Assembly: GCA_951406725.2 (NCBI GenBank)
Contig: OX597827.1
Location: forward strand, 34,720,001 to 34,784,000
Length of the DNA: 64,000 bases
Origin: Octopus vulgaris
Taxonomy: Eukaryota
Reading direction: 5' to 3'
In this document: positions 12,687 to 24,334 of the stretch, one piece after another
Numbering within the stretch: the first letter of the stretch is position 1
Layout of the letters: every line of letters starts with the position of its first letter
Program-made: the position numbers and the translations under genes
The notes under the pieces: generated by a model
What the model saw: the letters and a program-made list of their open reading frames with translations, nothing else
Databases searched by the model: none
What the model was told of the DNA's origin: nothing

Positions 12687-13617
12687 TATCACTAAGGCTT
12701 ATGAGGAAGGGATGGCTATATAATATATATAATATGTATATATATAATATAACTAATTTCAACGGATTTCGCCCAAATTTGACATCTATATTACTTAGTT
12801 TGGTTTGAAATAAAGAACTTGATTAGCTTAATAATCGTAACTTAATCCTGGGCAAGGCTGGGTTATACTGCTAGTATATATATATATATATATATTTATA
12901 TATGTATGTACCTATACAGAGGTAAGACACATTCTTGTTTGTTTCTTGTCAAAGCTTGTCCTTCTGTCCTTCTCTCTTCCTCCTTTACTCTCTCGTTGTT
13001 CACACTTGACCATTGGCCATCTTTCTTTTCCTAACTTGAGTTTCTTTCTTTCCTTTCAATCAGCTACAGAGATAAAGCACTTTCTTGTCTGTCTTTTACC
13101 AAAGCTTGTTCCTCCAGCGTTCGCCAACTCACCTCGTTATGGCTTAGCAACCCTTACTGTTTGTTTTCACTGTCCTGTTTTTGTTAAAGACTTTGACCCT
13201 CTGTAAATCCCAAATTTTATTTAATTTGCTTTGCGGGAACAACTGTTTTGATGAAAGCACTTCTTGTCATAATTGCTTGAAATGTGGAGTATATAAAACT
13301 GCTGACAACTGATGAAAGGTCATTCTTTATGTTACTTGTCTCGTTTTCCATTTGTTTCTTTTGTTGTTTGCAAAAACAGTTCCTATTCCATGTTTTTGTA
13401 TTTCATGTTGTTAACGTTCTATATATATATATATATATGCATATGTATACACATATATGCATATGTGTATACATATATAAGTATGTACATATATGTACGT
13501 ATATATGCATATATATATATTATTTATACTATTATATATACATATATATGTATATATATGTATATACATACATATATAGATATGCATATATACATGTATA
13601 TATATATATATATATGT

Positions 13618-14245
13618 ATATCATCATTGTTTAACGTCCGCTTTCCATGCTAGCATGGGTTGGACGGTTCAACTGGGGTCTGGGAAGCCCGAAGGCTGCA
13701 CCAGGCCAGTCAGATCTGGCAGTGTTTCTACAGCTGGATGCCCTTCCTAACGCCAACCACTCCGAGAGTGTAGTGGGTGATTTTATGTGTCACCGACACA
13801 GGTGCCAGACGAGGCTGGCGAACGGCCACGCTCAGATGGTCTTTTTTACGTGCCACCGGCACGGAGGCCAGTCAATGCGGTACTGGCTACGGCCACATTC
13901 GGATGGTTTTCATATGTGCCACCGGCACTGGTACCACAAAACTACAAATTCCATTAATGTTCATCGAGTTTGCTTTTGATTTTGTCCATTTTGTCCATTT
14001 TCACTTACCTGAACAAGTCTTCACAAGTAGAGTTATGTGTCCCAAGAAGGAAGGTATGCATAGGTGGACTGACTACGTCCCAGGTAGGGACCGTGGGTTA
14101 TGGCCTCACTTGTCCAGCTGGGTTTTCTCGCGCACAGCATACTTCCAAAGGTCTCGGTCTCTGGTCATTTCCTCGGTGAGACCTAAAGAGCGAAGGTCGT
14201 TCTTCACCACCTTGTTCCAGGTTTTCCTGGGTCTGCCTCTTCCAC
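13618..14245 (-). mobile_element. RTE-clade LINE 3' end
   Basis: [37 protein letters not shown] (typical RTE ORF C-terminus), 3' UTR and (GAT)n tail; related tails at 11745, 17897, 19938 and 24895. Confidence 0.85.
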
Positions 14246-14629
14246 ATATATATACATATATATATATATATGTATATATACATGTATATATATGTGTATA
14301 TACATATATATATGCATATATATATATATATATATATACATACACACACACACACACATACAAACTTCCATCTTAATCTGCTATAAATAGCAGTAAAATG
14401 GCCTTCAAATTCTATGTTGGAAAAGAACATGACTGTTGCTGAGGTTAAAAAAACCCAGTTATTTATGGTGGGAATATTTTTGATTACAGATTTGCTAACT
14501 CAGAACTGATTTGGTAATTTTAGTATCAAGTCAATTCAAGAATAAACTATATTGTTTTAAAAACAAATTGTTTTGTGAACTAACTGCAAAAATGTTTTAA
14601 TCGTTAAAGTTTTAATGTCTAATGAACTG

Positions 14630-14650
14630 TTTCTTTTGCTATTTTGCAGG
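14630..14650 (+). promoter_or_regulatory. Splice acceptor of the ZNF coding exon
   Basis: Pyrimidine tract TTCTTTTGCTATTTTGCAG|G, 118 nt upstream of the ATG; in-frame TAA 9 nt before the ATG. Confidence 0.7.
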
Positions 14651-14767
14651 ATCGGTTATTATCAATGTTAGTATGAACTGAAAATTAAGGACATTCAGAG
14701 CCGTTTAACATTCATACCTGGAAATAAGGAAAAGAAAGTATTTTCTGGCTTACATCCATAAGAAGAC

Positions 14768-15310
14768 ATGTATTCAACACAATCTAACATGTATCCTGTT
14801 GGGCAGCAGTTTATGTGTGATATCTGCGGTCGTGCTTTTTCACTCTATGACCAGCTGAAGTTGCACAAACGTTCCCATACCACTGATAACAAGATGTACA
14901 ACTGTGAGGTGTGCAAAAAATCATTCACACAGAAAATCAACTTGAAGAACCATGCCCGAACTCACACTGGAGAAAAACCATTTTCATGCCCAACATGTTC
15001 GAAATCCTTCAGTCAACGTGGCAACCTGAAAATACACCAACGTTCTCACACAGGTGAAAGGCCTTTCCATTGTCACCTTTGTCCCAAAGCCTTTAGTCAG
15101 AAGGGAAACCTAAAAACACATGTTCGAACTCATGTCAACAAGCGTGTTTTCACCTGTGAAACATGTGGTAAAGTCTTTACCCATAAGTCATTGCTTCAGT
15201 GTCATGAAAAGGCTCACATGTTTGAAAGAATGTCAAATATCTCTGATGTCTACACACCAAACAACAGTGCTGTTTTTGACTTGAACAATCCAGCTAGACC
15301 CATGCACTAA
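14768..15310 (+). CDS. C2H2 zinc finger protein, 5 fingers, 180 aa
   Basis: Five CxxC-x12-HxxxH motifs with TGEKPF/TGERPF linkers in an uninterrupted ORF. Confidence 0.95.
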   Translation: MYSTQSNMYPVGQQFMCDICGRAFSLYDQLKLHKRSHTTDNKMYNCEVCKKSFTQKINLKNHARTHTGEKPFSCPTCSKSFSQRGNLKIHQRSHTGERPFHCHLCPKAFSQKGNLKTHVRTHVNKRVFTCETCGKVFTHKSLLQCHEKAHMFERMSNISDVYTPNNSAVFDLNNPARPMH

Positions 15311-15689
15311 GGTGTTGCTATTGCAATGTTTCTAATGTGGATTCTTCATAGCAACCATTCCTACATGATTCTGCACACAGCTTGATGTAGACATCAGTTT
15401 AATTCAAAATTGGTTTTATCCTTTTTCCCATGTTGCTCAATGTAACCACTTAGGTTCATTCTAATAACTTCCTTTATTTCATGCATGATAGATTTCAAAG
15501 AACTCCAAATGTGTTTGTGACAAAACAACTCATGTGCCAAAGTTTCTGTATTTTATTTACTGTGAATTCTTGTTGGTTAAATTTAATTCATCAAAAGAAA
15601 TTTTCTGTTGTGAATTTTTTAAATATTTTTTACCCTTCTTTTAACAATATAGATGTGTGTTTCCACATGTATTGAAAATTGATGACTAA

Positions 15690-16235
15690 ACAAAATAATG
15701 ATTTCAAGTTTTGGTACAGGGCCAACAATTTCAGGGGAAGTTGATTACATCGTCCCCAGTACTTAACTGGTATTTATTTTATTGGCCCTGAAAGGATAAG
15801 TCAACCTCAGTGGAATTTTGAACCAAGAACGTAAAGATGGATGAAATGCTACTAAGCATTTTGCCCAGCATGCTAACAATTCTGCCAGTTCACCGCCTTA
15901 CTGGACAAAATCCTAGGAAGACGAACTATTATCATTAAAGTAGGGAATCTGCCCTAGTCCTCCTAGGTGTACTGAAATATGTTGAGTGTTACATTTTACT
16001 CCTATAAACATTTTTTTTTCTTTGCACTATTGGCACAAGGCCTGAAATGTTTTTGGTGGGAAGGGGCTAGTCGAATACATCACCCCCAGTATTTAACTGG
16101 TACTTATATTATCAACCACAAAAGAATGAATGGCAATGTTTATGCCGTTAGTATTTGGACTCAGAACATAATTCTGGAAGAAATTCTGCTAAGTATTTCA
16201 TCCAGCATGCTCAAGATTCTGCCAACTCACCACCT
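15690..16235 (-). mobile_element. Two diverged SINE family A-related copies
   Basis: CCCCAGTA..AACTGGTA..GAAAGGAT..TTTGAAC pattern twice (15690-15900, 16010-16235). Confidence 0.75.
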
Positions 16236-16698
16236 ATAAACATTGAGAACACTATAACAATATTAAGTGCTGGTCATGTTGTAAAGCTAATTTTAATAAC
16301 ATTTATGGGTAAATCTTGGATATTTTGAGAAGTTGACATGTGTCATAAAGACAGTGTCAAGGCATCTTTAGAAGACATTGTTTTTGTTAGATGTTCAAAC
16401 ATTGTTGAAACAAGACATGAGATTCGATATGTTGTGTCATCATTGTCCTCCTCCTCTTCCTCATCATCATTGTTTAGCATCTTCTTTTCTATGCATGCAT
16501 GGATAAAACAAAATTTTATAAAGGTAGATTTTCAACAACTGGATGCTCTTCTAGTTACCAACTCTTGCCTGTTTCCAGTCAAAGTAATATTTCCACATGA
16601 CCAGACTTATTTTTCATAGAAGAACAGAAATAAACAACATTGCATGTATGATGGTGATGCCTGCCTGTTTGCAAGCATTGTGTGATATCAAGACATGG

Positions 16699-16735
<37 letters not shown>

Positions 16736-16746
16736 TTTTTCTTTAA

Positions 16747-16967
16747 CCCTTTCGTTACCAACCCGGCTGAAACCGGCTCTGGCTCTTTAGTACAAATGTC
16801 TTGTTTTCATAAGTTTTTAATTCAAATCTTCCACCAAATCTTGGTTAAAATTTATGTTCCTAACACTAGCTTAATGATAATGAAGTTATTTTACTAAATT
16901 CTTTGTTATATTTAAAGTAATTGAAAGAAACACAGAGCATCTCAAAATAAATACAGTAATGAAAGGG
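16747..16967. mobile_element. piggyBac-like MITE
   Basis: TTAA on both sides; TIRs CCCTTTCGTTAC / GTAATGAAAGGG. Confidence 0.88.
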
Positions 16968-16971
16968 TTAA

Positions 16972-17122
16972 GTTTCTGTCTGCTGATCCACTCACAAAGC
17001 CTTTGTCAGCCTGGCACTGTTGTAGAAAATACATGTCCAAGGTGGCACACAGTGGAATTGAAACTGAAACCACATGATTGGGAAACAAGCTTCTTAACTA
17101 CACAGTTATTCCTACACCTGTA
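16972..17122 (-). mobile_element. SINE family B 5' part, interrupted by the MITE
   Basis: Reverse complement of the SINE B head. Confidence 0.75.
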
Positions 17123-17849
17123 GTCTAAGAATATATTGTTTATCTCAGCAAGGCTTCAAAAATTCTTAAAAGTGTGTGTGTATATCCAAGTGTCAGTATG
17201 AGTATTTTATAATAGTATGTATAGAGATGTGTGTGTGTGATCTCAAAATATCCAAGACATATAAATGATATTAAAATCAGCTTTGCAGTGTGACCAGCAC
17301 TTATTAATGTTGTAAGTGTATTATATGTCAGTAGTTCATCTTTCTGCTCTTAATCTTTGTTTATCTCTCTCACTCTGTGTGCGTGCGTGCGGTGCGTGCA
17401 TGTGTGTGTTTGTGTGTATGTGAAGGCAGGTATTTGATTCCTGAATTAGATGCTTTGCTGTGTCTTTGAGCAAGGTATTTCATTTAATAGTGCTTCAGTC
17501 TTTTCAACTGTAAATGAGTACCAGTGGAATGCTGGTGCAGACCTCTCTCTTCCTCCAGCTGTCACAATCTTCATATTCTACAGGGTAAAAGCATGGCAGG
17601 GTTGAAAGGGTGCTTATGTCTTCTTGTAACTACAAAGGTACTTTAGACAGTTAGTGAAAGTATGGCACATGATGCCAAGTCATACTTACGTGTGAGTGAC
17701 AGGTATATATATTTATAGATATATATATATGAATTGATTAGATAGAAGTCGTGAAGTGAGAGAATAGATGTTTATTCCATTGCTTGGCAGCTATTTTATA
17801 ATCTGTGTTAGTTACTTAAGTGATGCTACATCATCATTATATATATAAG

Positions 17850-17898
<49 letters not shown>

Positions 17899-18147
17899 TC
17901 CTCATCATCATCGTTTAACGTCCGCTTTCCATGCTAGCATGGGTTGGACGATTTTGACTGAGGGCTGGCGAACCAGATGGCTGCACCAGGCTCCAGTCTA
18001 GATTTGGCAGGGTTTCTACAGCTGGATGCCCTTCCTAACGCCGACCACTCCGAGTGTGTAGTGGGTGGTTTTATGTGCCACTGGCACAGGGGCCAATCAG
18101 GCGGTACTGGCAACGACCTCGCTCGAATCCTTTTTTACATGCCACCA

Positions 18148-18196
<49 letters not shown>

Positions 18197-18289
18197 TATA
18201 TGCCTATGTACATATATATATATGTATGTATACACACACATACACACGCACTGTCATCTAAATTACACAAAAATCAAATTAACATTGAC

Positions 18290-19045
18290 ATCTCATTTTA
18301 ACAGATATATTTACTAAAAGTACATAAAAATGTTTTGAAATACTTGCGAGTTGCCATTAGCTTCAACCACAGCCTCCAGATAACTTCAGAATCTCCTGCA
18401 ACTCTTCTGGATGGTCTCCTTGTTTAAGTTGATGAATGTTGCCATAATCCTTGCCTTCAATTCAAGAAGTTTTGTTGGTCTCTTGCTCAGCTGTACCCCA
18501 TTCAATAATCAAGGTAGTTGCAGTCTGGGGAGTTAGGTGGCCAGATGTTAGGGGTGATGTGGTTGCAGAAATTGTCTGACAGTCATGACTGGATTCTCCT
18601 GCTTGTGTGGCATGGTGCAGAATCCTGTTGCCAGACGTAGGCTTTCAGCAGCCACCCTTTTGACCCAAGGCAGCACCACCTCCTCCAGGCACTTGATGTA
18701 AACCTCCGTGTTGAGTCTGAAGTCATGTGGAAAAATGAATGGAGGCATAATGTTGCTATCACTATTTATTACTCCAAACACCATGATGCTGATTGTTATT
18801 ATCCTCAGATAGACGCCCAAATACTCTGAAATGTTCATATAAGACCTTTTTGCATGAATGGTAAGCAGTACAGCATGTCGTTTCCAAATTTCTTGCAGAG
18901 TGAATTGCATCATGGTGCTGTTTTTTCTCAGAGATGGTGCCCAACTGACCCTACTGTGCTGTGTAGTCAACAAAATCAAAAACAAATAATGTGCATACAT
19001 GGAATTAAAAATATAAAATGGCGACAATTTACCCATCACACTCTG
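18290..19045 (-). mobile_element. Internally deleted maT (DD37D)-like Tc1/mariner element
   Basis: Colinear with 42775-44069; IMVFGVINSDSNIMPPFIFPH, YIKCLEEVVLPWVK and WPPNSPDCNYLDY motifs; TIR plus TA at 19045. Confidence 0.88.
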
Positions 19046-19379
19046 TATACGCACACACACGCACACTCATAAATATAATTTTGTGGTAACATAATGAATA
19101 GACTACACTTCCAAATATTTCATGATAAGTTAAAACAACAGACTGTTCTAAATAGAGAATAATTTTATTGTGTAATCACAGAAAATTGATGTATTTGCCT
19201 GTTTTCAGTCTTTACAAATACTAGAATTATCATATAAGGAGTGCACTAATGAAGTGAGAACAGTAGATTAAAATGAATTAAAAAAAAAAAGAATACTATA
19301 AGATAAATACAATTAAATAAAAAAAAATAATGATAAAATAAGAAAAAAGTTATCATAAAGGTGCTTTGTGATAAGATAA

Positions 19380-19521
19380 CTGTGTGATAAGAAGCTTACT
19401 TCTCAGCCACAATAGTTCTGAGTTCAGTCCCATCACATGGCACCTTGGGTACGTGTCTTCTGCGCCTTAGAGCAGCCAAAGCCTTGTGAGTAGATCTGGT
19501 ATACAAAAACTGAAAAGAAGC

Positions 19522-19552
<31 letters not shown>

Positions 19553-19765
19553 GTGTGTGTATCTTTGTGACTGTGTTTGTCCCCTCACTACTGCTTGACA
19601 ACCAGTGCTGGTGTGTTTATGTCCCTGTAACTGAGCAGTTCAGCTAGAGGGACAGATAGAATAAGTACTAGGCTTCAAAAGTAAGTTCTAGGGTCGATTT
19701 GTTTGACCCTTCAAGGCAATGTCCCATCATAGCTGCAGTCAAATGACTGAAACAAGTAAAAGATG
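19380..19765 (+). mobile_element. SINE family B (diverged)
   Basis: Head, internal (CA)/(GT) repeat and CAAATGACTGAAACAAGTAAAAG tail. Confidence 0.85.
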
Positions 19766-20177
19766 AAGATTTGGCTGACCATCCTGCAGTATCTGCATGA
19801 ATAAACTGTATGATAAAAAGAAAGAGTCTAAGATAAATGCAGTAGAGTTTGTCGGTTTAACTTGCCATGAAATATTCTGAAGTGTAGTATGCTTCTTATG
19901 TTACAGCACAGTATTGTGTGTGTGAGTGTGTATATGTATCATCATGATCATTTAATGTCCACTTTCCATGCTGGCATGGGTTAGATGGTTTGACTGAATA
20001 CTGGTCAGCCAAAGTGCTGTACCAGGTTCTGATTTGATTTGGCAAGGTTACTATGGCTGGATGCCCTTCCTAATGCCAACCACTCTGAGAGTGTAGTGGG
20101 TGCTTTTTACATGCCACCAGCTTATATGCATGTATGTATATATGTATATATATATGTGTGTGTGTGTGTATAGATAT

Positions 20178-20401
20178 AAATACAAAAATGGGACAAGAAT
20201 GCAAAACATCCAGACAGACGATACAAAGAAAACAAGGGCGGGTCATTCGGAGTTTTCCTTCCTCAGTTGAGTTCCAGATTATCTTTGCAATTTCAGCTGG
20301 TTATACTCGAGATTGCTCCAATCTGGCCAGCCCCAAGGAAAAACTAAGCTAAGTGCATTAGATTCCTTGGAAGAAAGCAGTGAATGTATATGAAAACAAG
20401 G

Positions 20402-20403
<2 letters not shown>
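20178..20403 (-). mobile_element. Fragment of the repeat that is tandem at 32178-33330 (possibly Penelope-like)
   Basis: High identity to 32178-32445 and 32941-33200; flanked by (TA)n. Confidence 0.6.
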
Positions 20404-20449
<46 letters not shown>

Positions 20450-20517
20450 TACATACACATGTCTGTATATATATATATATATATATATACATACACACAC
20501 ACACATACATACACATG

Positions 20518-20564
<47 letters not shown>

Positions 20565-20621
20565 GTATTATATGCATATATGTGTGCATTTGTATATATG
20601 TATATTTCTGTATATGTATGT

Positions 20622-21256
20622 AAGAGAGAGGACTGCACAGGTATGGTCAAGTGATGCATATGGATGAGGACAGCTGTGTGAAGTGCAACACCCAAAAGCG
20701 GAGGGAACTTGTGGTAGACCCAAGAAGCGGAGGTAGACCCAAGAAGACATGGGATGAGATGGTGAAGCACAACCCTTGAATGTTGAGCTTCACAGAGACA
20801 AGGACAAGCGACTGAGGCCTCTGGAGATATTCCATGCTTTAGAAGACTTGGCAAGCCAAGTGAGATTATAGTCATGGCTGATATCAGTGTTGCATAACTG
20901 GTCTATTTAAAAGCACCCTTCAATCGTTGGCTGATATGCTGTGCTTGTGAAGACCTGTTGAACTGAGTGAAATCGTAGTTGTGGCCAATACCGGTGGCGC
21001 CTGACTGGCACCCATGCTGGTGGCACATAAAAAGTACCAATAGAGCATAGCCAATGCCAGTGCTGCCTGACTAGTTCCTGTGCCAGTGGCACATAATAAG
21101 CACCTACTACACTCTCAGAGCAGTTGGTGTTAGAAAGGGCATCCAGCTGTCGAAACCTTGCCAGATCAGATTGGAGCCTGGTGCAGCCTACCGGCCTGCC
21201 AGTTGATCTGCCCAACCCATACCAGCATTGAAAGTAGACGTTAAATGACGATGATG
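20622..21256 (+). mobile_element. RTE-clade LINE 3' end (diverged)
   Basis: GTCGRPKK / RPKKTWDEMVKHN remnants plus the same 3' UTR and tail as 13618-14245. Confidence 0.8.
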
Positions 21257-21284
21257 TATCTATCTATCTATCTATCTATCTAAT

Positions 21285-21341
<57 letters not shown>

Positions 21342-21662
21342 GGATGTGTGTATTTTCCCCTTGTTTACAATTAACATAGAAAAAATAAATAAACAGTTAC
21401 CAGGACAGCAAAAAATCACACAAGTAACAAGGACATAGCACCCTGTTCGTAAAGGTAGAAACTCCATGTTGATGTGAAATGTTTTGTATAATATATATAA
21501 ATAAATAAATGGAGTTATACAAGAATTTTAATAACACCTGCGTTTAACTCCATATATATATACACATATATATGTCTATATATATGTGTGTGTGTATGCA
21601 TGTATATATATATGTGTGTGTGTATATACATGTATGTATATGTATATATATATATATAAATA

Positions 21663-21707
<45 letters not shown>

Positions 21708-22950
21708 ATATATATAATATCTATATGTATATTTGTTTGTATACATGTAACGGTTGATGTAGTGTTACTTATGTAACTAATAAAGATTATGAAACAGCTG
21801 TCAACTAATGGAATAAACACTTATTTTCTGACTTCTCTTATCTGATCGATTTTTATACAGTTGTAGTGAAGGAAGAATGTAGAGATCTCTCTCATGAGAG
21901 CAATGAAATCCTAGATTAGGAAGATTTTAAAGAAAATGAAATACACAATGGAGATGTCAACACTGTTGCTTTAAAAGATAGGTAAGAATAAAATGGTGGA
22001 GTATAAAATGAATGGATGTGTGGGATACAAAACAAGGACAAACTCTCAGCATACAGTGAAAATCTTAAAGAAAAATGCTGTCATTTGTTGGATGTATCTG
22101 GAAGAAAAAATGAGAATGAAGATCCTGTCTAATGTTAACTGGAAGCATGTGGATCAATGGAGAGTAAGAAAACTCAAAGAAAGTGTTGAACAGGAAATTG
22201 CAATTTTACTCGCTGCGGAGTAGTAAGAACTAGTAAAAGTAGTTGATACTAAATAAAAAAGATACAAACTATGAACAATCAAAATGTAAACAGATCTGTG
22301 TCCCAACAGGATGGGTGACAACTGAAAAATACAAATACTATACGATAATGAAAGCCTGACTTGTTATACATGGTTATAAGGAAGAGTCAAAATAATCTAA
22401 CAACATATTCTCCAATATGCAACTTTAAAGATGCGTGGTTAGTTATGTTATCTACAACAATTATGAATTGGCGAGTGAAGAAGGCTTTTAATTTTACATC
22501 AGCATATTTTTGTAGGATGATATACAAAAGAGAGAGGTGTTCCTTAAGCTCCCTTCTGATAGAACAGATTTTTTTTTGTTATGAGAGAATGGGTGGAAGA
22601 ATAACTGTGAATAACAGAGGGAAGAGTGTTGGGGTGGAGGGAGTTAAGGAGGAATCAAGGGAAAGAGCAAAGAAAAATAATGCAGACTGAGCCACTGACC
22701 CATTGATTAAGCATCTTTGACCAGGCCATATTAGAGCATGTAGTGATGAAATACAAATTATTTTTACACTTTAGATGGTAGATCTTAAGGGACCTGAAAT
22801 CCTCTTCCCTTAGACATGACAGTAATCCCACCCACACCCTAATCATAAAATCTTAGTTGTACAGTGGGGTCTCTAAATACGAGCATAATCTGTTCTGGAC
22901 CATGTTTGTTAACCAAATTGTTTATTACATGAGTAATTGAAATGCATATA

Positions 22951-23855
22951 CGAAGGTTGGCTGAAAAGTTCATAGGCTGACCAAGATACCCTCAAGAAGC
23001 TTCCATCCTGTTGGTCAAAAATGTCAACAGCAACTATGAGTTCATCATCACTGTACTACTGGTTCCCAGCCAAGTGTCTTTTCATGTTGGGGGAAGAGAT
23101 GATAGCCAGATGGGGCCAAATTAGAAGAATAGGGAGGATGATCAACCAGTTCAAAGGCATAGTCCTGTATAGCAGCCATTGAAACTAAGGACTTGTGTGC
23201 TGGAGCATTATCCTGATGAAAAAAGACCCTTTTCATCAGTTTTCCTGGGTGTTTGGTGTTGATAGCCTGTTGTAATTGCTTCAGCAAGTTAGCATAGTAC
23301 TCTCCATTGATGGCAGGGTCCTTTTGAAGATAGTCAGTATACACAATACCTTTTGCATCTCAAAAAACTGATGTCATCACCTTCTCTGCAGATGAAACAA
23401 CCCTGACTTTCTATGGACCAGTTGAAGAGGAGTGTTTCGACTTCATGAATTGTCTCTTTGTCTCTGGTTCAAAGTAATGAATGCAACACTCATCCTGGGT
23501 CAGGAAATGGTCAAGGAAACCAGCTGGATATGCCTCAAATAATATCAGATTTTCCTTGGTGTGCTTTTGATTAGATGAGCAGAAACTTTCAGTCATGCTA
23601 AGTTCATTGTGCAGAGTATTCTCAGCTCCCACGTGGTATATGCTGATAGTATTGGCCATTTTGATTTATAGTCCTTCATCACTATGTGATGAACATGATT
23701 AATGTTTTCCTTAGAGGTGGCAGTTGCAGAACATCCAGACCTCGGGTCATCTTCAAGATTCTCCTTTCCCCTCCTAAATTTAGCTGCCCACTTTTGCATT
23801 GTTGATAAATGCTGGAGCATCATCCCCTAATGTAAAAACCATGTCAGCTGATTTC
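22951..23855 (-). mobile_element. Mariner (DD34D-type) relic
   Basis: WAAKFRRG..LEDDPRSG, LTQDECCIHYFEPETKRQ, FHQDNAPAHKS and HPPYSSNLAPSGYHLFP across frameshifts; probable TIR TA|CGAAGGTTGGCTGAAAAGTT. Confidence 0.92.
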
Positions 23856-24014
23856 TAACTGTGGAGGGAACCTGGGCAAGAGATAGACCCAGGAAAACAT
23901 GGGAAGAGGTGGTGAAGTATCTTTGGATGTTGGGTCACAGAGGCGATGACAAGAGACTGTAGCCGTTGATGATTTGCTGTGCCAAGTGAAATCACAGTTG
24001 TGGTCAGTGCTGGA

Positions 24015-24334
24015 TTGCTGAGACCCCCTTCAGTCATGACTGACCATGGGATTGCACCTAGGAAGTTACCCTCCCAGGCACAAGTCTGGGCAAGGTTGTT
24101 TATGGAAGACCAGCACTCGCCCATGCATATCGGCCTCTCCTCTCCACGCCACCAGTGTTATCCAAGCTTGGCACCTGTGATGTTGTAACTCATTTCTACA
24201 GCTGAGTGAACTGGAGCAACGTGAAATAAAGTGTCTTGCTCAAGAACACAACATACAGCCCGGTCCGGGATTCGAACTCACAACCTCACAATTCTAAGTT
24301 CAATGCTCTAACCACCGAGCTATGCGCCTTCACA
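24015..24334 (-). mobile_element. tRNA-derived SINE family C nested in an RTE tail (23855-24530)
   Basis: A-box TAGCTCGGTGG, B-box GTTCGAATCC, core GTTCTTGAGCAAGACACTTT; related copy at 51710-51955. Confidence 0.8.

Larger units (their letters stand above)
12437..12717. repeat. Fold-back element: 119-bp inverted arms, each carrying a hammerhead motif
   Basis: Arms 12437-12555 and 12599-12717 are reverse complements with three mismatches. Confidence 0.95.
11352..12874 (+). mobile_element. Helitron-like element with nested insertions
   Basis: 5' TCTATATAAGGG; 3' CCTGGGCAAGGCTGGG...CTGCTAG-T resembles the family A terminator. Confidence 0.55.

Noticed and set aside
24262-24334. tRNA gene
   Set aside because: A and B boxes are present, but the sequence continues into a SINE core and no full cloverleaf is evident
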